Program-made: the position numbers and the translations under genes
From: Oikopleura dioica
Lineage: Eukaryota; Animalia; Chordata
NCBI GenBank assembly: GCA_907165135.1
Contig: OU015566.1
Location: forward strand, 11,966,001 to 12,030,000
Direction: 5' to 3'
DNA length: 64,000 nt
The notes under the pieces: generated by a model
What the model was told of the DNA's origin: nothing
Database searches by the model: none
What the model saw: only the letters and a program-made list of their open reading frames with translations
Part shown: positions 1 to 12,993 of the stretch, piece by piece
Position numbering within the stretch: position 1 is the stretch's first letter
Layout: each line of letters starts with the position of its first letter

Positions 1-3000
1 TACAGTCTCTTTAATGCCTCTAAAGAGTGACGTGTTCCCTGACAGTACTCTGTCAACCCCGACGAAAAGTCTTTCAGGATACTTTATTACACACCTGGCG
101 TTGGAGCTCAATACGAAAGCTATCTTTCAAGGAAGGGTTAAATTGATACACATTGATTACCGTAGCAAACGAGGAAAACATGAGCTAGTCGACCTTTGAG
201 CGTATATTTCATAATCGAAAATGGCTTGAGAAAGTTAAACAAACTAGGAAATCAGTGAATGATAGATGAAGTTCTGTAAAATGTCAAATAGCGCGATAAA
301 ACTTGACTTTTATGAAACTCACTGACTTAACCCGTCAAAGCAAAAGCAATTCATTTTGAAACTTCGGCATGAAGACGGCACTCCATCGGATGTAAAGACA
401 TTTACCTTCAGTAGCCGAGACGCAGCAAAAAACTTCTGGAAATGCACAATCGAGACGCATACATTCTTCAATCTCCGCGTCGGCCCACCTAGAAAGCCCA
501 AGGTAAGACACTATCGGATTCTGTTGCGTCGGAGAATAGCTTTGAATTAAGAATATCCTGTTTTCTCGTGGCTCGAGCTTCCGGTACAGTGGACGAACTT
601 TGGAGGAGCTTCGAACTGCGAATAAAAATGCTCCGGCGAGGAATATTACTTTCACGAGGAAGAGTAGTCAGCGCGCTAGAAAAACGCCAAGCATCAAGCC
701 TGGTAAAATCAATTTCACTCATTTTTTTACTAAAAAATCTTCAGACTACAAAGTGGACATTTCCGAAATCCATGCTCCTCATCCGACGCCATCTCCTAGG
801 CTACAGGCAAAAGCACAAGCTACTGTTGCGGAATCGACGAAAAGTGATTTCTCGGAGGTACATTATTTTGCATGTCTTTTTCATGCTTTATATAATTAAA
901 CATGCAGAAATACAATATTCATAATTCATTTTATTCCCTTGTCAAAGTAGACAGAAAAAAATCGATTTTTTCTTCGCGATAAGGGAACAGAATGAAACAG
1001 AATAGCTCCATTTGAGGCCGTTTTCACTCCTTTTCTTTTAGATAACCGAGCTAGCAGAGATGAACAATTTGAAATCAGATGCTAACTCGATTCCAAGGAC
1101 GGATATTGAATTGAAGCCGGATAAAAGTGTGGCTGAAGAAGAGATCTACGATGAGCCGAGGAAGTTGAGATGCGATGTGAATTACTCTGTCTGCAGAGAG
1201 ATCCTAAATACCGAAAGAACTCACCTCAAGGTAAAATTCTAGTTTTTCAAGCTATTTAGACCTATTTTAGGACCTGCAAGTTGTTGTTCTCCATTTCCGA
1301 AACGCAATAAGAGATGAAGCAGGAATCCCCGAGCAAATCATGTCGCTCCTTTATTCAAGCCTCGACCCGATTTTCGAGTTTCACAAAAACTTCGTCGCGG
1401 ACCTTGAGCAACGAGCTGCAGAATGGGAAAATTCTATCTCCGGCCAACAAACAATCTCTGAATTCTTCAAAGTGAAAATGCGCGAATTCGCGTCACATAG
1501 TGGAAAACTTGAAAGGATCGAAAGCGTGTTGCATGAGGTGGAAAGCTCGCTGCAGAATTATCCGAGGTTCTTGCAAGTTTGGAGAGCCTTTGAAGGAAGG
1601 AAGCTGTGCTATTTGCCGATTTCGATGTTTTTGTTGAAGCCGATTTGCAGATTGTTCCAGTATTTTAATGTCATCTCGAGAATGGAGAAGCATGAGGGCA
1701 TGGCAGCGCAGAAGGAGCTTCAGCCAGCTGTGAACAGGTTCGTTACTTCAATTGCTTTTTTATCATAAATTTGTTGACAAGAACAGTAGTAGTTACTTTT
1801 GCTATCATATTTTATTTCTATATATTAGTACATTACTCTTGCGTCAACAAAAATACAAATTCAACTCTTGAAATTTGCGTAAAATGGTTTCTTTTTGCAT
1901 AATTTTCATTGTATATGGTATTTTCTAGGTTAAAGCCCGTCCTAAACCGATGCCTACAATTCCAAATTACCTCCCAGTTGCAACGAGAGCTCGTCGGAGC
2001 GGACCATCTCCTAAAACCCGGTCGTGAATTCGTTCGAGAAGGTTATCTGAGAAAGTGGGCTGGGCCAAAAGGAGGCTTCAATGCTAGGATGTTCTTTTTG
2101 TTCAACGATTGCGTCTTATGGGTAAGAATTTTATCATGAGCTCTTCTAAAAGAAGTTTAGACGACGTCGAAGATCGACCCTCCATCAATCGGAATGACGT
2201 CTTCGAAGCCTTGGAAGCTCTCAGTCGAACTACCACTCAACAACGTCTCGATAGAGCTTTCTGATATGGACCGATCTGCTCCAAACTCGTTCGCCATCAA
2301 TCTACCTGATGTCAACACCGATCGACAAAACCTTAACTCTGGAAAAGTCACGTCAATGATTCTCTCTGCATCTGATGGTAGCCAACGAGAGAAGTGGATT
2401 AGGGATATTGAGTTGTATTCGAACAAGATGAAGCATTCAACGGACCTCTTTTCTTCGGTGGCGAATGGAGAGACGACCTCGAATTTCCATGTTCACAATA
2501 TTGGAAATATCGGTACCATAGTCTATTTTATACTCTTATTTACATTTTTCTAAGATGAGCGATTAATCGATGATAACAAGATGAAGCAAAGCACAACGAC
2601 TCAAGTTTGTTGGTTCCGCTACTGCACTCTTGGATTCAACGACCATCTCACAATGTCTCAGAATGTCATGGCTGGGTAAGCAGTTTTCAATGGACGAGAT
2701 TCAAAGGATTATTTAGTTATTTGATGCGTAAGTTCAAGAACAAACCGGCTGGCCTGGGTCAAGATCCTTCTACGCAACGAAGCTGGCAGAAATTGTGGGT
2801 CGTGTTGAATACCTTCAGGAATGTTTTTCATATAATTGAAATAATTATTACGGTTTCACATTTTCATGTTGAATACATTTCGAAAACTCTCAACAGTATT
2901 CACTTCTACAAGAGGCACCAAGAATCTGCTCCTCTGGCGAATCTCCCGTTACTAGAATACAAAGTTCACCCTGTCGATCCGTCAACAATTCCCAACTGTA

Positions 3001-3161
3001 AACACCAGTACATCTTTATGATCAAACTCAAGGTAAATCATAAAATTCTCTCTTTTTTCCAACCTTTTCTTTAGAAGCACGAGTATCATTTCGCCGCCGA
3101 GACGGAGTACTCTTACTTGCGCTGGATGGAAACTCTTCGCATTGCGACTCTATCCGACTAA
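1..3161 (+). CDS. FARP1: FERM, RhoGEF (DH) and PH domain protein, FARP1/2-like (5' end outside window, multi-exon)
   Basis: Spliced exons give FERM-C motifs (WRWSSIRKLSFK|QKQFILKLR, FWKCTIETHTFFNLR), a DH domain (EILNTERTHLK, FLLKPICRL), PH1 (REFVREGYL, RMFFLFND) and PH2 (LMRKFKN, WQKLWVV, ESAPLANLPLLEY, YHFAAETEYSYLRW); stop TAA 3159-3161. Confidence 0.9.
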
Positions 3162-3649
3162 ATCTAGCTCAATTATAATGTCTAAAATTTTTAAATTAAC
3201 TGCAACTACCTGTATTGACCTCTCATTGTACTTTCTACTCTTTCTGATTTCTTGAATCACCTTTCCTTTCTTTGCCTTAAACTTTCGCGTTTTCATGACT
3301 CGTATCCGGCAAAAACATGTTTGAAAAACTACGAGTACACAAACAAAAAATTACCCCTTTCCCCGAAAAACTACTTCTTCACGAATTTCTAAGTATCTAC
3401 TTTCCAACTTAAAATTTTGAGAAAACGGCCAAACGCACAAAAAATACCAACAGCATTCTACTCTTCAAATATTGTCTTTGAAAAATACTGCAATTTGTTC
3501 CAATAAAAGCTTGTCAATTGAAGTTTACAGTGTTATCAAGTGTTTTCGCTATGAATCTAAAAATATTTTCAATCGGGATAAAAGTAGCGACCTTTTTACG
3601 ACTTTGTTTATTTTAAGAATTAATTGCCCATCTCTCTGATTTTGGCTTC

Positions 3650-4353
3650 ATGGAGCAGTTTGTCCCACTCACCTTCAATGAGAAATCAATAGCTGGTTTA
3701 CGAGAGAACTACAACCTTAGCATGTAAGATTATCTCACTTCTTTGTAATCGTTCATGTTGCTCTTGATTTGAGATATTTGATTGACATTTGTTTCAGAGG
3801 GCAGTTTCAAGCATCGAATTCGGTGAACAAAGAGGCGTTTTATCAGACCAAGTTTCAGGTATTTCCTCATTATTTCCCTGTTAGTAGCATAGACACTCAT
3901 ATCAAATTTCTAGCTCGCGCATGCGCTCATCCTCTCCGAAAATCTTGATGATATCAACGAAGGGATCGATTTCCTCAAACAACTCATACGCGAGCATGAG
4001 AATATGACGGCGAATCGCGACTACGCGTATTTCATCGCCATCGGCCTCCTGCGTCAGAAGAAGTACGAGGAGTGTATGCGTAAATGCCAGCAGATCTTGC
4101 GCGTCGAGCCCGGAAATCATCAAGTCAAAGGAAACGGGTTTTGTTTTCCTCGTTGATCGCAAAAGTCGATCAATCCGATTTTTGCCGCTTAGACGAGCAT
4201 GAATAAAATCCATTGATAGATCTCTCGATCGCAGCTGAAAAAGCTTTGAGAAAAGAAGGGCTCATCGGAGTTGGAATCGCCGCCGGCGCATCCCTTTTTG
4301 GAGCTCTTGCTATTGGAGGCCTTGCAGCTCTAGCAGCGACAAAGAAACGATAA
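3650..4353 (+). CDS. FIS1: Mitochondrial fission 1 protein (TPR + C-terminal TM), 4 exons
   Basis: TKFQLAHALILSENLDDINEGIDFL...RDYAYFIAIG...KKYEECM...EPGNHQVK|DLSIAAEKALRKEGLIGVGIAAG...KKR* matches the Fis1 TPR and tail anchor. Confidence 0.88.
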
Positions 4354-4549
4354 AGACTAACCAAATACGATTATATTCATTGAAAAGAAACAAAGAACAA
4401 TCTCCAAATACTAACTACCTGTTAATTGTTCCCTATTATCGAAATGGGGCTCAGCACACTGTTCAGATCTATCCTACCAATATTTCTTCCTACGGAAAAT
4501 GCTTACATGTGAATTTTTTTTAGCTTGATATTTATTTTTGCTTTTAGAG

Positions 4550-5913
4550 ATGGAAACTCCTGAATCGGAAAACTTCATCAGTGAGAACCCGGTGGATGAT
4601 AGCGTTTATTTCAAACGTACGCATTTTATGTTATTGATTTGCGTTCGCTTTCGGTGCTAGAATCGTTATTTGAGAACTCTCAAATACGGTATTTGAAATA
4701 CCATTTTTTATTAAAGTTATTTATGAACTTTTGGACACTTTTTGACCGTTATCCCTAGCAAGAAGATTTTTAGAATGATAGGAGGGTCAATCAATGTTGC
4801 ATTACCAATGTATATTTTTCGAAGTTAGACCGGAAAAGATCATATTCGCGCATCAAAGTCACTTCCGGTTTAGACTGAGCCGCTTAGCTTAGTTATGAAG
4901 TTGTCCTGAATAGATGAAATAAAAGAAAAGTACTTTTTTGAGATGACTCTTGAGAACCAAAAAGCCTCCGCGGGCAATGAATGCGCTATCGAAAACAACC
5001 AAAACAAAAACGATGATGGTGTATCACTTGAATCAAGTGGCTTGATAATGAAATATTTGAATGCATAAATTTTAGTGTCCAAAAGTCATATTTATATGTC
5101 TTTCCCAAACTCTTTATCGACTTGCTCTAACAATCATTTTCAGCCTCAACAAAAGTGCCAAAGGTCCTCTCAAGCACGCACATCCTGCTGGCCTTGGGAT
5201 CCTTGGGCCTTTGCATCGCCTGGGTCATCAAAAATTACTCTGGCTTCACGCTCGACAATGGAACTTATCATTTTCTTCTTATGACGCTGTTCATTATCTT
5301 TACTTCTGTTGGTGCTACTTCCTTCCGAGTCTTTACCTTTGTTTCTCGTCCTGTGGCCAAGGTATTTTTCGTAAAGAATATTACTTGTCAACCTTTTTTT
5401 CTGAAGCTTATTCATGCTGCCTGTCTCACAGCAGCTTTTATCATCGCTTCAGTCGGTTTATGGACGATATTCAAATTCCACAACGACAAGGACATCCCAA
5501 ACATGTACACTCTCCACTCCTGGCTTGGTCTTACTTTCGTCATTCTCTTCGGTCTCCAGCTTATGGGTGGCTTGTTTTCCTTCCTCTTTCCTCTCGTGAG
5601 TCCAGCGTTCAGGACAAAGATTCTCCCTGTCCATCGTGCCAGCGGAATCATCCTCCTCGCTGGAATCGGTAAGTTTAAGTGCTGAATTCAACTTTTGATG
5701 CTTCTTCTTTGTCTAGCTGGAATCGCCATGGTCGGCATCAACGAAAAGCTCGTGTTTGAAGTTGGAAAATACAAGCTCAAAGACGCATTTGGAATCATTC
5801 CAAACGTTTTTGGACTAATTCTGTTCCTCTTCGCCTGCGTGGGAACATTCATTCTGGCCCGACCCGAGTACAAACGCGAAGAGAATAGAAGACAAGGTTT
5901 AGAAATGCAATAA
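4550..5913 (+). CDS. Cytochrome b561 family ferric reductase (CYBRD1/CYB561-like)
   Basis: Six hydrophobic segments with heme-ligating His motifs YHFLLM, KLIHA, NMYTLHSWLGL, LPVHRASG. First exon 4550-4616 follows a TTTTAG acceptor. Confidence 0.88.
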
Positions 5914-7911
5914 AACGCAAAATATCTAAATCAATATTTTTCATTCCCTTTCTTTCGCTCTACATAACCTTTCTGTCGATTCAAATCAGAATGATCATGA
6001 CGTCAATTTATACTTCGAAGTATACTGTGACTGCGATGAATAAACTTGTTGATATATTTAGCTCTATGGACCAAAGAGTATGGTGTTTTTTTTTATCGTA
6101 GATCCAAAATGAACCAACAATGGAAAAAGAGAAGCCATTGATCCTTTTTGAATCCGTGATCTTATTCGAAATCAATTTTGCGAGGCCTTGTTGTCGATTT
6201 ATAAAAATCCAATTTGACGAAACATCCCAAATAACCTATTGGACATTCCACTGCTTGACAATGTCTATTTTTAAGCTCGGCTGGCAACCTGTGTAGAAAA
6301 CCTTAGGCAGGTCCTGCAAGAGCTGTAATAATAATCCGCGCAGCGGCTTTTTCGAAACAAAGCCGCGTAATTCCACAGAATTAAAAATAGATACAGGTGG
6401 TTATTGAAGACCCTTGGCAAGGTTTTCTACACTGGTTCCCAAGCCCAGTTATGTAAACCAGCGTATGCATTTCTGAACCTTTCTCCGAGACAATATTAAA
6501 CGAAGCTAGAACTATTAGACCTGCAATCCTTTGAACCATTTATTTACCTTCTTCCTGATTCCTGCCTAAAAAATAAAATCCTGAAGTTCAAATTAAGACT
6601 AAAGCCTTTCTTTTTGAAACAGAGTTAACGAAAAGAAGGTGATTTATTTTCATTGTCTTGCACAGCAAGTTTTGAAAACGGAAAAATAGTATTTTCCCGA
6701 AAATAAGAGCGGGGAGATCCGAAGTTCTCGGTTAGCTCAGCTGACGAGAGGAAAAAATAAAAAAAAACGAATAAAGCAAGAAGAGTAAAAATAAATTACC
6801 GCACAAAAGTTTTTGAGAATCAAACGAAAGATTGAAGTAAAAAGGGTGCCACCGCGCGGGCAAGAAAGAGAAAATGTTGTTCGCGGGGTGGCAAAAAGTA
6901 GAAGAAGAAAAAAACGAATCTGTTTGTCGAATTTGTTTGGAGAATATCGCTGTATTAAGAATTTTGTAGTGGAATATAGTTTCCGGCGGTAGTCATTATT
7001 TTCTGTCGAGTGGTAGTAGAATAATGAGCGGTTTAGGCTTTCTGGACCCAGGAGGGGACGAACACGGGCGCGTTGACATTGAGCCGGCTCTTGACCGGTG
7101 GCTGACTCGTGCGCATCGAGAGGTTCGTCATTTGATCCATCATCTTAAGCTATCGATTAGTGCCAGTCACAGTCATTCCCGAAATGACCTTTGTTGCTAC
7201 TGTAAATCTTGCGCAGTGACATTCAAAAACATACCAATTTGCGTCTGTTGGACACAAGAGTCCTCCTTGATTTCAAGAAATTAAATCATCTAAGAATATA
7301 TGAACTCAGTTCAAAAGTTCCTTGAGATCTGGGTTTAGGAAACATATGCTTACGAAATGATCAATTTATGTCGGAAGTATACACAGGTCATAATGGTTTG
7401 ATCCAAATTATTCACAGCTGTCTTTCGATATAAATGCGCTGCATGTTGGAAATTGTTATAATCTTTAAGATGATACTTGAATGAAGAAGAAAATTCCATA
7501 TTTTTATTAAAAAATAAGGGATCTTATTTGTAATTTTATTTTAAAACGAATAAACTTCAACTCAAAGCTAGAAAAGTTGTTGTGTATCTATGCGAAAAAT
7601 TCCCGTAGACATTATTCACCCCAGCAAATAGAACAATTTTATAGCGGAATTATCATCTCGACGTCAAGAAAACTCGAGGACTCGCGTCAATATTTACAGT
7701 AGCAACAACAAACACAGGTCATGTGTTGAGATATTCACGCTCTTTCAAGCTACGGTAGCACTTTCAAGAGCTGACGTAATTATGAAAGAACCCAGTCCCC
7801 CTCACAATAATTAATTGGGCAATTTGGCCGTCCAGGGCGACAGGAAAAAAGCACACATAAAAATATTTGAAGTTTCACGTGTGTCACGAACCGTAGAGAT
7901 CAAAAAATTAC

Positions 7912-8116
7912 CTGAAGATCACCAGAGGCTTGCTCTTCTTGCATCATGAGGCGCTCGAGTTCAGCGAGTCTGAGCTCTTCTTCAACCTCTCTCTGGAGTT
8001 TCTCGTCAGCTCCTTCTTCCATCAGCCACTCGTAATCTTGCCATGCTAGAATTCCCCCTCTCAATCCATGTTTTCAGTAATCGGGACTTACCGCTGTAAG
8101 ACTTTGACATTTTCGT
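7912..8116 (-). CDS. Small acidic protein, possibly PAIP2-like (3' end unresolved)
   Basis: Two exons give MSKSYSAWQDYEWLMEEGADEKLQREVEEELRLAELERLMMQEEQ, resembling the PAIP2 EYMWMENEEEF..IEEEL segment; no PAM2 motif located. Confidence 0.35.
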
Positions 8117-10919
8117 TGAGTAAGATTATTTTTCGCTGGAGTTTACCGGTAGATTCTCTTGGTGTGGCAGAATTGCTTCTCTTACGAGCCAATTTCTAAA
8201 ATGAAAAATGATGAAAAAAGTGGTGGAACTTGAGTATGATTCAAGAGCGTTAGGGCGCCTCTAGGAATAATCCAGTGTCATCATAAAAGGGCGATTAGTC
8301 ATGAATCAAATAAGGGAGCAGTTGAACTTTACTCATATAAAAAATCTGTTTGAAATGGACCCAGTTCTCTAATAAAAAAAAACGATGAAAATCATGATGA
8401 GAATCAATTTATTAGAGGGAATCACACTCGTATCGCATAAAACCGCATTATTGCCATGATTGATGCGTTTCCAGGGCTCGTAAAACAAGTCCGATTAGAG
8501 GAAAAGATCAACTCATTTCCGGTTATCGCCTGTAAGCCGCCCTAAAAAGCTTTCACTACTCTCTTTGAGCGTCCAAAATAAAAAGGGGCCGTGTTTTTAA
8601 AAGGGCACTCTCAGTCCTCAAAATAAAAGAAGACCCGTTGCGTAAGATCGGACTCTTTTGACGTCAATAAAAAAAGAAAATCATCAGTTTTTCTCTATCT
8701 CAAAAACAATGAGCGCTTATCGCGTGACCGTTTTTTTTTTCGTTTTCATTTTCAATTTGCTGGGAAGGAGAATAAATATATTTCTGAATAAATTTGGACG
8801 CGTGTAAAAATAACATGGCTTGTCAAATATTTGGACGGGGGATTATGTGACACTGGCGAGCCGTGAAAAAGTCATGGGACTTCCGTCTCCCCAACGCCCC
8901 TACTTGAGGGGCGCTTTGAGAAGTTCTTCAAAATTCAAAAGCCGGGGAAATTCGAAACAAGACGGTTCGATCCTATTCTGTATGCTGATAGAATATTCTG
9001 AGGGAATCGAGGCTATTCTTTTAGCGTCTGAAATTTCCAGCATTTTCTGATTGATTTTTTCGCGGCTTGATCTTTCTGAAACGCGAAGCCGCTTGCGGCT
9101 TTTCCGTCTTGTTTTGGGTCGAAGCCGCAAGCAGCTTTGCTCACAGGGACATTTATTATTAAGTGCACAGAAACCCCAGTAGTAAAAAATATTGGTCCAT
9201 GTGAAGATGAAAATTCTCGCGAAATCAACAGTTTTTTTTATGTCAACGGGTTGACAAGCTTACTTGAAATTACCGCTAATTGTGGCAATTATTCCCTTTT
9301 ATGGGCTTGTTTTTCTTCGCCTTGTCTCTTTTAACACGAGACTTGCTGATGAATTATTATGTAATTATGCCCAATTTCAACTTTTTATATCAAAAAAGTT
9401 TTCTGGAAAAGCTCCAAAATGAGACAGTTTTCCTTGATTTCTGTATTTTGTATAGTCAGCATTTTTTCTTTCTTGAAATACAGGTCATTTCTCGCCAAAT
9501 TGGAAGAGAATGAATGAAAAATGAAAGTAATATATCATATATAAAGTTAATACGCATATAAAACGGGTAAATCGGTTATTTTCCCCATCGAAAATGAGCT
9601 ATCTCTCTATTTATAATTGAGCGGAGATAAGCGGGGAACAGGCCATCCTAATGTAGAGATGGATTGTTGAAGGGCCCCTTTGTTTCGCCAAAGTAAAGAT
9701 CCGGGTGAAAGGCTCTTTATTTTTTTGACTTGAAAAGAGAGATCCTTTCTTTTCTAATTTCGATTTTATTTTACCATCTTAGTCAAAATAAATAAAAAAG
9801 TAAAAATTTTGAGGTGGTCTTACTCTGAGAATCTCCTGTAGAAAATAGACCGCATGATTTCGAGCGCTCTGAAAAAGCGGATCGAAATGCCCCTGAACTT
9901 GAGCAAAAAATCGAATACAGATGGAAACAAAAATCGATTTCAATTTGCCACGTTTTTTGTTGCTCCTGGAGCACTTGACGCAAAACAAATTGCTTATTGA
10001 GTATTTCTGTCAATCAACATGTTCTGCAATAATCATAATTATTTTACCAAAGGTGTCCTCTTTGTAAATAGTTTAGTCCCTTATCAAGTATTATTTCAAC
10101 TTTCGAAGAAAAATAATAATTCTCTATAAATTTTCTTCATGATAATAGAAAAAATAGGGCCTTTGATAATATCTCTAGAAAGAATCATTTTGACCCTTTC
10201 CGACCTCTCTGTCTCTCTTTTTTTTATCTTCTCTCCCAGCGCAGTAAAAAAGCAAATAAAAATAAAGAAAAAAACTCGTGATTTACCTGTTTTCGAGATT
10301 CTGAATTTGAAAACGCTCTCAAACGTCTCTTTAAAATTTTTATCTCTCCCTCGATTTTCCCCCTTAGGCTTAAATTTTTGAATTTTCTCTTGATCCTGAT
10401 CTTTTTCTTTCAAAACGAACCAATCTTTTTATAATTCGCCGGAAAAAATCGGTTATTTCACTTGACCTGAACTGACCTTTTTGGACTGCCGCGGAGTTTT
10501 TTTCTTATTTTCTTTTCGAAAGAAAAAATGAAAATTCTTTTGATGATATTTTTGGATACAAAGGAATAGGAGATCGAGGGCGAACCACTGCGCCCTCCGG
10601 TGGTGGCGAACGAAAACTGATGACTCATCATCGAGCGGTTACGTCATCGCGCCGCGCTAACTTCAAAATTCAAATGACTAATGCGAGCTAAAGAAAATGA
10701 TAGAGAAAAAGAGGGAATTCTAGAATTATGAAAATGAAAATTGAAGAAAAGAAACCAATATGCAGAACACAGAGCTCATTATGATATAATCATAGTCAAT
10801 TGAAATTATGCTCTAAAAATATTTTTTTTTCACTTCAAATTTATTATTGCTAAACTTAATTTTAGATGTATGCTTTCGTATAATTAAACTTAAATCTTTT
10901 AAGATTGAAAAAATAAAGA

Positions 10920-12669
10920 ATGAAGTTGACAATCACCGGTCCTGGGGACTCGATTTGGTCCCAGGATCTTTCGCCCGATCTTGACATCGCAACACTCAAA
11001 ATGCTCAGCGCTCTTGACCTCAATTTAGGTGCTTCTATTAATCTTCCTATCCTATCCTTATTTTTATGTTTTCATAGACTTCAACAACATGGTTTTTATT
11101 GCAAATGGACAGCCGCTGCTGGACGATTCGATGAAAATCGAGGCGACAGGACTGAAGGACGGAGACATGATTATGGCAATGCCGGGAAATTTTCTCAACA
11201 GAGCGAGTCAAACGGATTTGCGACAGTCGAATCCAAGAGGGCGGCAACAAGCTCCAGATTGGAATGCGAAGGCTCAAGAAGTCCTAGAACAATTCAGGTA
11301 AATGATGAAATGAAGCGAAATGTTGTATTTTTCCTTCAGATCTCAACTCGGCCGCCTTCAAAACTGGCCAGCTCTGCAAGAAGCCGTCCGCGCTGGAAAC
11401 CTCCAAGAAATCGCCCGAGTTCTCCGCGAAGACTACGAGAAAAAAGTTGCTCAAGAAGAACGTCTCCGTCGAGCGGAAGCAAATCCAATGGATCCAGAAA
11501 ACCAACGAATTCTTGAAGAACACATCCGACAACAGAACATCGACGAAAGTCTAAACACAGGGCCGGTTTATGCTACTTTTCTAAAAGTGCACCCAACTGT
11601 GTGTTTTTATTAATTTGCCCTTTGAGTTGTTACAGTTAAGCCGACTGTTTTCAACCCTAACCTATTGAAAATCGATGTGGCCGATGAATTTAGGGCGCTG
11701 CCTCTTTTGTTACAGTTGATTTCGATATTTACTATCCCGCCGACCAGCATTAACCTTAATAGCCATGGAAAACTCCCCGGAGCTTTTTGGAACGGTAATT
11801 ATGCTCTACATCAGCTGCAGCGTTAATGGCATCCCCGTCAAAGGTGACCTCGCCGGTTCTTTATCGCCCTTTTTCATCGTTTCATTTAGCGTTCGTCGAT
11901 TCTGGCGCGCAGATGACGATTATGAGCCAAGCCTGTGCGGAGAGATGCAACTGCATGCGTCTCCTGGACACGCGATTCTCAGGCATGGCCGTTGGAGTCG
12001 GAAAACAGCGAATTCTTGGGCGAGTTCACACTGGACAGATTCAAATTGGCGACACTTTCATTCCTTCTAGCTTTTCAGTGATGGAGGATCAACCGATGGA
12101 TCTGCTGATAGGATTAGGTACGTCCTAGTACGAAATTAACATATTCAAGGGGAAGAGGCTTAATTTTAATTTATTAAAATATTTTAGACATGCTCAAAAG
12201 ACATCAATGCGTTATTGATTTGGCGGCGAATGAGTTGCGCATTGGCTCGACTGGCACTACAGGTACGAAGATAATTTTGGATACTGTAACTTATATTTTC
12301 TAGTAAAATTCTTGTCCGAAGGCGAGTTGGATTCCAGAGCGCGGTTAGCCGGCCCAGCTGCGGAGCAAGCACAAAGCGAGGAAATGGTAAGGCCCAGCTC
12401 GCTCATACTCAAATCTAAACTCGCTCTCTTCCTCTCAGGAAATCGAAAAAGCCCTGGCAGCTTCGAAACGCGAAGCAGAAGAAGAACGCGCTGGTCCATC
12501 CTCGAAACGGGCCGACACAGGAAGCAGCGTCTCCAAAGAAGTCCAACAAGTGATGAGCACAGCAAATTGCTCCCAAGATGTCGCAGAAAGAGCCCTTCGA
12601 GAGACAGGAGGAAACTTGGACAGCGCAGTACTGAAAATTCTGACAACGAGCTTTTCCAAGAAAAAATGA
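10920..12669 (+). CDS. DDI2: DNA-damage-inducible protein 1/2 (UBL - helical - retroviral-type aspartyl protease - UIM - UBA-like)
   Basis: N-terminal UBL; [25 protein letters not shown]; catalytic [12 protein letters not shown]; [17 protein letters not shown]; C-terminal [12 protein letters not shown] and a UBA-like tail. Confidence 0.92.
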
Positions 12670-12993
12670 GAAAAAACACATGATCAGTTCTTCTTCTCAA
12701 TGAAATTCTTTCTGTACAATGTTTCAGCAAAAAGCGTGCAGCAGCTCCTTTTTTTTCTTTCTTCAAAACCTAAAACTACTTTATTGAAACTTCGACGACT
12801 GGTACATGTAACTAACCGTTTTTAAATTCCTGGAGCTGAACAAAAATTATTAAACATTGACGAATCATCGCTCAAAAAAACACTGAAAAAACTTATTGAT
12901 ACAACTTTTATTTTACTATTTCTAAGGAAAGATATTCTATCTAATAAACCTATATTGTTAAACCCTCATTCTTATTTTTCTTGTGCAACTAGA

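Noticed and set aside
6279-6445. Imperfect ~30-bp inverted repeat (old MITE?)
   Set aside because: Degenerate, no clear TSD, no second copy in the window.
6000-10900. Hidden genes in the AT-rich, gene-poor stretch
   Set aside because: Apart from the PAIP2-like exons, the ORFs are low-complexity (K/F-rich) with no domain or consistent splicing.
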